Source of the DNA: Candidatus Cloacimonadales bacterium
GTDB lineage: Bacteria; Cloacimonadota; Cloacimonadia; Cloacimonadales; JAFGVF01
Length of the DNA stretch: 64,000 bases
Assembly: GCA_963677495.2 (NCBI GenBank)
Contig: CAXXOU010000002.1
Location: 256,001 to 320,000, forward strand
Direction of reading: 5' to 3'
The first letter of the stretch is position 1; each line of letters begins with the position of its first letter. The notes beneath the pieces are model-generated. The model searched no databases and was not told the origin of the DNA. It worked only from the letters and a program-made list of their open reading frames with translations. Position numbers and translations under genes: made by a program. Positions 57,739 through 64,000 of the stretch are shown in pieces.

Positions 57739-58503
57739 ATGGCTGATAAAAGTGTATGGTTTGAGACAGTTAAGCACTATATCAATGTGCTAGTTGGTAT
57801 GATTGTAATTTTTGGTGTTGTAACAGGTTTGTATTTCGGGTGGTATCAATCCCGCTCAGGTAAGATGATTTGGGTTTCAAATAGCTACCATTTAGCAACA
57901 TCTCTCCATTGTTCCTCTGCAAAAGAGCAATACATGAAGATTATTAACAGCATCGAGAAAGAACTGAATAGCTCAAAGCTTACAGAGAATAAGATTGATG
58001 CCAGTGAAGCCTCTTTGGCATACCAACTTGCTGTTAAAGATATTTCAATGATAGTGCTGTTGCAAACAATACATCATGATGATAAGTATACTGATAAAAC
58101 AGACCTCGTTAGAGATCAATTCAATTCAATAGTTATCAAGAATAATCTACCTCGTGAACAAGCTAAAGAGATAAGCAAGAATGCTTATGAATATATCAAA
58201 GTTTTAGATTCTCTCCAAGCTGAACACCAAAATGATAATGTTATCTTGGAAGCAAAGATTAAAACATGGCGTAAACGAAGAACATATCATTTCCTAGGTT
58301 TCTTAGTGCTTATTCTGATTATCGGATTTGGACTTGTAAGGCGAATTACAAGCTTAATTAAAATGATTCTATTTAGATTACTAGAAGAGAGTGATGAAAG
58401 GGAATCTGAACGAAAAGTATTAAAGAAAAGGGAAGAGGAGATAGAAGAGCTTCGTTCTATTATCTATAGAGTTAAGCAGGAACATCCAGAAATAGAGCTA
58501 TAA
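57739..58503 (+). CDS. Hypothetical membrane protein (two TM helices flanking a helical extracytoplasmic domain, C-terminal coiled coil)
   Basis: Hydrophobic segments near aa 15-35 and 183-200. Starts 1 nt after the panC stop. Confidence 0.65.
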   Translation: MADKSVWFETVKHYINVLVGMIVIFGVVTGLYFGWYQSRSGKMIWVSNSYHLATSLHCSSAKEQYMKIINSIEKELNSSKLTENKIDASEASLAYQLAVKDISMIVLLQTIHHDDKYTDKTDLVRDQFNSIVIKNNLPREQAKEISKNAYEYIKVLDSLQAEHQNDNVILEAKIKTWRKRRTYHFLGFLVLILIIGFGLVRRITSLIKMILFRLLEESDERESERKVLKKREEEIEELRSIIYRVKQEHPEIEL

Positions 58504-58507
58504 TCCT

Positions 58508-59473
58508 TTGCAAAATCCCATAAAGATTCTTTTCTTTAGTGATACACATCTGGGGTTCGATTATCCTGTGAATCCAAAGATTCAACGTCGACGCAGAGGG
58601 GATGATTTTTTCAATAACTTCGAGCAAGTACTAGATATTGCCCACAAAGAGAACTTTGATTTAGTTATCCATGGTGGAGATCTTTTCTTTAGAAGTAAAA
58701 TTCCTCCGATGATTGTCGATAAAGTCTATCTTGAACTTCTCAAGTTCTCAAAACATGGTATACCAATAGTAATTGTACCCGGCAACCATGAACGTTCTAT
58801 TTTACCTGAATCAATCTTATTGGCAACCCCTGAGATTAACATCTTTCAAGAACCGAACAGGTTTACATTTCGAATAAAAGACAGGACAATATCAGTTTCC
58901 GGCTTCCCATTTGTACGTGGGGATATTAGAGCTACATTTACGGATATTGTGACAGAGTTAACCAATGTCAAGCGGAGTGACATAGAATTACTTGTTGTGC
59001 ACCACCCATTCGATGGGGCACAAGTCGGACCGCAGGAATTCACATTCTTTAAACGTGAAGATACAATAGCATTATCCCCTTTATTGACATACTATGATAT
59101 GATTTTAGCAGGACACATTCATAGGCGGCAAGTTCTTAAACTAAAAGATACTCCTATAGTATTTAGTGGATCAATTGAGCGTACTTCCATTGCTGAAATT
59201 GGGGAGCAAAAGGGATTTGTGGAGATAGTTATTGATGATACTGTTGCTTTCAAGTTTAGGGACCTTTATGCGAGACCAATGTATGTTTTAGATATCCCCA
59301 ATGTAGATAATTTAGAGTCAGAAGTAGTTAAAGCTATTTCAACTCTGGAAAAGGACAGTATTGTTTACATTAAATTCACAGATAAATCATATCTTAGTGA
59401 TTCACATCTTAGAGAGTTAGCACCTGATACAATGAATATTCAATCAACAGGATACAGAAAAAGGCGATCATAA
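58508..59473 (+). CDS. SbcD/Mre11-like metallophosphoesterase nuclease
   Basis: SDTHLG, GGDLF, PGNHE, VVHH, AGHIHRRQ, SGSIERTSIAE...KG. Confidence 0.85.
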   Translation: MQNPIKILFFSDTHLGFDYPVNPKIQRRRRGDDFFNNFEQVLDIAHKENFDLVIHGGDLFFRSKIPPMIVDKVYLELLKFSKHGIPIVIVPGNHERSILPESILLATPEINIFQEPNRFTFRIKDRTISVSGFPFVRGDIRATFTDIVTELTNVKRSDIELLVVHHPFDGAQVGPQEFTFFKREDTIALSPLLTYYDMILAGHIHRRQVLKLKDTPIVFSGSIERTSIAEIGEQKGFVEIVIDDTVAFKFRDLYARPMYVLDIPNVDNLESEVVKAISTLEKDSIVYIKFTDKSYLSDSHLRELAPDTMNIQSTGYRKRRS

Positions 59474-59485
59474 AGATCGCCTTTT
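59459..59485. terminator. Bidirectional terminator between the SbcD-like gene and rpsA
   Basis: AAAAGGCGATC-ATAAA-GATCGCCTTTT. Confidence 0.8.
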
Positions 59486-59503
59486 CCAATTTATAAGTGA
59501 AGA

Positions 59504-61597
59504 CTATTCTTCAGTCTTTTTCTCTTCAGAAGCTTCAATAACTTCCTCTTCAACTACAGGTACCTCTTCAACAGCAGGAGCTGTCTCTTCAGCAACCGGA
59601 GCTTTCTGTTTTGTTTCTTCAACTACTTCAGGTTCTGGAGTTACTTCTTCAGTTGCAGGAGCTGTTTCTTCAACAGCAGGCTCAGTAACAACTTCTTCTG
59701 CTACAGGAGCTTCTACAACTTCCTCTTTCTTAGCTTCTTTTCTTTCTGCTTTAGAAGCTTCTTTTTTCTTAGCAGCTTTCTTCTTTCTGTCCTCTTTACG
59801 CTTTCTGTCTTCTTCGAGGTGCTTCATAATCTCTTCATGCTGTTCATTATGGAACTGAACATAAGTTTCTTGAAGTTCAAGGTCTCTTGAGAAGAAGTAA
59901 GCTTTAACTGAGAGGATAAGACGACGGTTTTCCATATCAAGTTCGATAACTTTAAGTGGAAGTTCTTCGTTCATCTTAAAGAACTCTTCCGGATGCTCTA
60001 AGTTTGGAATTGCAAGATGAGAGATAGGTACGAAACCTTCTACTGATGTTCCTTCTACAGGAATATCAACTAAAAGACCCTTAGGGATAAGCTTAGATAC
60101 TTTACCGATAATCTCAGTGTTGAGAGGTAATAATGTATCAAGACTGTTCCATGGATCTGTGCTCATCTGTTTGATTCCAAGAGCGATACGATGGAGAGTT
60201 CTGTCTACAGCAAGAACTATTGCTTTAACCATCTGTCCTTTCTTGAACATTTCTCTTGGATGATAGATACGTTTTGTCCATGAGATATCGGAGATGTGAA
60301 CGAGACCATCAATACCATCTTCGAGTTCAAGGAATACACCAAACTCAGTGATATTCTTAACTTTACGCTCGATAGTAGTTCCGATAGGATATCTTTCATC
60401 AATTGAAACCCAAGGGTTAGGGAACATCTGTTTCATTCCAAGAGAGATCTTATGGTTCTCTTTATCAATTGCTAATACAATAGCATTAACTGTTTCACCA
60501 ATCTTCACATATTTGTGAGGGTTTACAATAGATTTAGTCCATGACATTTCTGAAACATGGATTAAACCTTCAACACCTGGCTCAAGCTCAACGAATGCAC
60601 CGTAATTTACGATGTTTACAATTTTACCTTTAACCTGCTTACCTTCTGGGTAGTTTGCATCAACATTTGCCCATGGTTCAGGAACGAGTTGTTTGAGTCC
60701 AAGTGCTACGCGACCGCTTTCTTTATCGAAATCGATCACTTTTACTTTGAGCTTGTCGCCAATATTCAACATCTCTGATGGGTGGTTAATTCTTCCCCAA
60801 GACATATCCTGGATATGAAGAAGACCATCAATTCCACCGAGGTCGATAAATGCGCCGTAATTAGTGATGTTTTTAACTTCACCTTCAAGCTCTGCATCAA
60901 TTTTAATACTGTCGATAATTTCATGTTTTCTGCTTTCAAGGTCTTCTTCAAGAACTTTCTTGCGAGAAACGATGATGTTACGACGTTCTTCATCTAACTT
61001 AATGATGTAGAAAGTGTGTTCTTTACCAATAAACTGGTCCAGGTTAGGAATAGGTTTGAGAGCGATCTGTGAACCTGGTAAGAAAGCTTCCAGTCCTAAG
61101 ATCTCTACAATCATTCCACCTTTAACTCTGCGTCTAAGAATGCCTTGCACACGGTCTTGTGCTTCATAGATCTCTTTAACCTTAACAAGGTTAACTTTGA
61201 AATCTGCTTTTTTCTTTGAAAGCTTAATTCTGCCTTCATCGAAACGTGTAACCATCACTTGGATTTCATCCATGAATGAAGGAACACCTGAATAACTGAA
61301 TTCAGAAACAGGGATAGCACCTTCAGATTTTCCGCCGATGTCTACAAGAACTTCTTTATCGTTTACAGAAACAACTGTTCCCTTCACGATTTCACCTGCT
61401 TTGTAATCCGGGAATGATTGATCGATAAGGTCGATCATTTCCTGATGCTGAGATTCCTCTTCAGTTAATGGTTTTGCATCTTTTTCCGGTGCTATTTCAG
61501 CATGCTCTTCAGCCTGGTGGCGTAAAGCCTCTTCAGCTGCAGCGAGTTCTTCTTCCGGAACTTCAGTTTTGATAATTTCGTCTTTTGTGTAATCCAT
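59504..61597 (-). CDS. rpsA: 30S ribosomal protein S1 with acidic N- and C-terminal extensions
   Basis: Six S1 repeats (AFLPGSQI, YGAFIDLGGIDGLLH, EGLIHVSEMSW, DGLVHISDISW). ATG at 61597 after GGAGGA. Confidence 0.96.
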   Translation of the reverse strand: MDYTKDEIIKTEVPEEELAAAEEALRHQAEEHAEIAPEKDAKPLTEEESQHQEMIDLIDQSFPDYKAGEIVKGTVVSVNDKEVLVDIGGKSEGAIPVSEFSYSGVPSFMDEIQVMVTRFDEGRIKLSKKKADFKVNLVKVKEIYEAQDRVQGILRRRVKGGMIVEILGLEAFLPGSQIALKPIPNLDQFIGKEHTFYIIKLDEERRNIIVSRKKVLEEDLESRKHEIIDSIKIDAELEGEVKNITNYGAFIDLGGIDGLLHIQDMSWGRINHPSEMLNIGDKLKVKVIDFDKESGRVALGLKQLVPEPWANVDANYPEGKQVKGKIVNIVNYGAFVELEPGVEGLIHVSEMSWTKSIVNPHKYVKIGETVNAIVLAIDKENHKISLGMKQMFPNPWVSIDERYPIGTTIERKVKNITEFGVFLELEDGIDGLVHISDISWTKRIYHPREMFKKGQMVKAIVLAVDRTLHRIALGIKQMSTDPWNSLDTLLPLNTEIIGKVSKLIPKGLLVDIPVEGTSVEGFVPISHLAIPNLEHPEEFFKMNEELPLKVIELDMENRRLILSVKAYFFSRDLELQETYVQFHNEQHEEIMKHLEEDRKRKEDRKKKAAKKKEASKAERKEAKKEEVVEAPVAEEVVTEPAVEETAPATEEVTPEPEVVEETKQKAPVAEETAPAVEEVPVVEEEVIEASEEKKTEE

Positions 61598-61610
61598 TCT
61601 TCCTCCTGAA

Positions 61611-62486
61611 TTAGTGGACTGGAATATCTGTGACATTGTCTGCCTTGGACAGATCCCCAAACCAATCTATTAATTTATTATATATTTCTACGATTATGAC
61701 ATCCGGTGTGGAAGCACCGGCAGAGATACCGATTTTCTCTTTTTGCACGAACCATCCCTGCTCTAACTCCTCTGCTGTCTCAATATGATGAGTCTCTACA
61801 TGAGGAGATGAAAGCTTGGAGAGCATTCTTGTATTTGAGCTATATTTTCCTCCAATAATCAACATGACATCAACAGATTTTGCAAGTTCAACTGTATGAA
61901 ACTGCCTTACTTCTGTTGCTGTGCATATCGTATTATGAACAAGTAACTCCTGACACTCTTCCACTAAATGGCAGGTAACTTGTTTAAACCCACTTAAGTC
62001 TTTCGTGGTCTGGGAAATCAGGGCAGACTTATGATGGGGGGCTTGAATCTCTTTCTCTGAAGAAACAACAATAGCTCCTCGTTTTCTTGCAAATGAACAT
62101 AGGGACTTAACTTCCGGGTGGTCACCATCTCCATAGATGTAAACTTGATACCCGTTTGAATCTGCACTATTTACATGCTCCTGTGCCTTTTTGACGAAGG
62201 GACATGTTGCATCAATAATCTCTACTTCTTTTGCTTGCAGCTCTTCATAGGTTTCACGGGGTATTCCGTGAGAGCGAACAATAACAGGTTTATCAGTGCA
62301 TTCATCTATTGAAGTTACCGGAACAACTCCTAGCTTTGAAAGTTTCTCAACAACCTGAGGGTTATGAATAATATCTCCAAGGGTATTAACTTCTTTATAC
62401 TTCTTTGCACTTCTCTCTGCAATTTGTACTGCTCTTTTTACACCGAAACAAAATCCGGCATGCCTTGCTAAAAAGATCTGCTTCAC
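61611..62486 (-). CDS. ispH: 4-hydroxy-3-methylbut-2-enyl diphosphate reductase
   Basis: GFCFGVKRA, IIHN, RSHG, DATCPFV, HPEV, QTT, TICTAT, SSNT, AGASTP. Confidence 0.97.
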   Translation of the reverse strand: MKQIFLARHAGFCFGVKRAVQIAERSAKKYKEVNTLGDIIHNPQVVEKLSKLGVVPVTSIDECTDKPVIVRSHGIPRETYEELQAKEVEIIDATCPFVKKAQEHVNSADSNGYQVYIYGDGDHPEVKSLCSFARKRGAIVVSSEKEIQAPHHKSALISQTTKDLSGFKQVTCHLVEECQELLVHNTICTATEVRQFHTVELAKSVDVMLIIGGKYSSNTRMLSKLSSPHVETHHIETAEELEQGWFVQKEKIGISAGASTPDVIIVEIYNKLIDWFGDLSKADNVTDIPVH

Positions 62487-62498
62487 TATTTAAACACT

Positions 62499-63197
62499 CT
62501 ATGCGTACGCTTTATTTTTGATAATTTCCTTAATTCTACTAACCTGCTCATCAATCGATAAGCCGGTTGTGTCAATCTCGATAGCATCATCTGCTTTCTT
62601 CAAAGGAGCAAGGGCACGTGTTGAATCATTCTTATCACGCCATATTAAATCATCTCTGACTTCTTCAAAGCTGATCTCCATCCCTTTTTGCTGCAATTCA
62701 GCAAATCTCCGTTGTGCTCTTACTTCTACGTCTGCAATCATGAATAGCTTTAAGTCTGCATTGGGGAACACAACTGTTCCAATATCGCGACCATCCATTA
62801 CTACTCCACCTGCTTTTCCCATCTCACGTTGTAAATCGACAAGCTTTGTGCGCACAATGCCTATCTGCGAGATATCAGAAGCAAGCCTGGAAACCTCTTT
62901 TGTTCTGATTGCTTCACTAACATCCTCATTATTCAAGAAGATGCGGTTTCCTGTTTCACTGTATCTAATTTCGATAATTATATCCTGCATCATTTCAGTG
63001 ATAGCAGGGATGTCAGATAGAGGTATACCTAACTGCTTGGAACATAGCCCACAAGCTCTATACATAGCACCTGTGTCTATGTATATGTATTCAAGCTCTT
63101 TAGCCAACAGCTTAGCTGTTGTACTTTTGCCTGATGCAGCAGGGCCATCTAATGCGATGATTAATTTCTTATCTCTATCTTTATATATATTCTCCAT
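62499..63197 (-). CDS. cmk: Cytidylate kinase
   Basis: IALDGPAASGKST, DTGAMYRA, VMDGRDIGTVVFP, RDKNDSTRALAPL. Confidence 0.97.
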   Translation of the reverse strand: MENIYKDRDKKLIIALDGPAASGKSTTAKLLAKELEYIYIDTGAMYRACGLCSKQLGIPLSDIPAITEMMQDIIIEIRYSETGNRIFLNNEDVSEAIRTKEVSRLASDISQIGIVRTKLVDLQREMGKAGGVVMDGRDIGTVVFPNADLKLFMIADVEVRAQRRFAELQQKGMEISFEEVRDDLIWRDKNDSTRALAPLKKADDAIEIDTTGLSIDEQVSRIKEIIKNKAYA

Positions 63198-63505
63198 AAT
63201 AGTACATATCCAAGAGCCTGTCCAAAACAGTCAACACTTTTTTCTCCTGTATTTATATTTCCTGTAAAACTGTTCAAAATGTCTACTTTTAATAAGTGTA
63301 AATCAATGTTTAAGTTATGTTACTTCACTGCTACTTTATGGTAAATATTTATTGTATAACATAACTCTAACGTAGCTATATAGTTGATACTATTATCGAA
63401 TCAATTGCTGTTTTCGATCATATTCGTATAATTATAGTTATTTTTCTTAACAGATTTCGAGAAAATAGATTATCATCTCTATAAGAATATTTATGGAGGT
63501 AAAAG

Positions 63506-63877
63506 ATGCGATTAGGTGCATTTTCAGTAAGCTTATCTGTAAAAGATATTAATGTTTCGAGAGAGTTTTATTTAAACCTTGGATTTGAAGAGATGGGTGG
63601 AAACATAGAGCAGAACTGGTTGATTCTTAAGAACGGGGAAACTGTGATAGGTCTCTTCCAAGGGATGTTCGAAAAGAACATTATGACCTTTAATCCCGGA
63701 TGGAATCAAAAGGCTGAGAACACAGAAGATTTTGATGATGTTAGGGTCATACAAGAAGACCTTAAATCCAAAGGGATTGAAATAATAAATGAAGCAAGTT
63801 TAGAAAGTGAAGGACCTGAGAACTTCATCGTTGTTGACCCTGATGGTAACCAGATTCTCTTCGATCAGCATAGATAA
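63506..63877 (+). CDS. VOC/glyoxalase-family protein
   Basis: LGAFSVSLSVKDI..S..FY..LGF, IGLFQGMFE, DPDGNQILFDQH. Confidence 0.9.
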   Translation: MRLGAFSVSLSVKDINVSREFYLNLGFEEMGGNIEQNWLILKNGETVIGLFQGMFEKNIMTFNPGWNQKAENTEDFDDVRVIQEDLKSKGIEIINEASLESEGPENFIVVDPDGNQILFDQHR

Positions 63878-63880
63878 TCT

Positions 63881-64000
63881 CGGACTTGCACTGCAACGCT
63901 AGTGCCTGAGAAGCCGTAATCGATAAGAGAAGGCTCTTGGGACGAGAACGAAAATCTTACCTCGCGTCCATAGGAGCTTGCGTACTTCGACTCAAAGCGA
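63881..64000 (+). repeat. Intergenic repeat module (truncated by window end)
   Basis: CGGACTTGCACTGCAACG...CGAGAACGAAA resembles 30656-30694. CTCGCGTCCAT also occurs at 13268. Confidence 0.55.

Noticed and set aside
59504..62486. IspH-S1 fusion, or S1 starting at 61660
   Set aside because: ispH has its own stop at 61611 in another frame, and rpsA has a GGAGGA RBS before ATG 61597.
62518..63267. 249-aa plus-strand ORF
   Set aside because: Antisense shadow of cmk with no recognisable motifs.

Overview
AT-rich bacterial chromosomal window. The three very large gingipain-like (peptidase C25) proteins ending in NYPNPFNP/FlgD-Ig-type tails suggest Cloacimonadota or a related FCB lineage; this is inference, not a database result. 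The left part (1-17 kb) is accessory. It holds a MacAB-like ABC exporter with a LytS/LytTR two-component pair, an unusual operon (VTC polyphosphate-polymerase domain, DUF4956 membrane protein, TolC-like protein, HlyD-type adaptor), a REP-associated tyrosine transposase (RAYT) inside arrays of ~125-bp double-hairpin repeats, and several small enzymes and transporters. The middle (17-36 kb) holds three secreted C25 paralogues with different catalytic-site states, plus coaD and pepP. Next comes the rimP-nusA-ylxR-L7Ae-infB-rbfA-DHH-truB-ribF-yhaM-MBL cluster, where IF2 carries 8.5 copies of a 22-aa RGG/Tyr repeat. A defence island follows (type I R-M plus a GHKL-kinase/STAS/PIN triad), then panD-panC, an orphan SbcD-like nuclease, cmk-ispH-rpsA on the minus strand and a VOC gene. 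Intergenic spacers carry several families of palindromic repeats and MITE-like elements. The best candidates for undescribed systems are the VTC-DUF4956-TolC-MFP operon (possible polyphosphate synthesis-export machine), the kinase-STAS-PIN triad (possible partner-switch-controlled RNase defence module) and the TGGA-footed REPtron. No rRNA, tRNA or CRISPR array was recognised.
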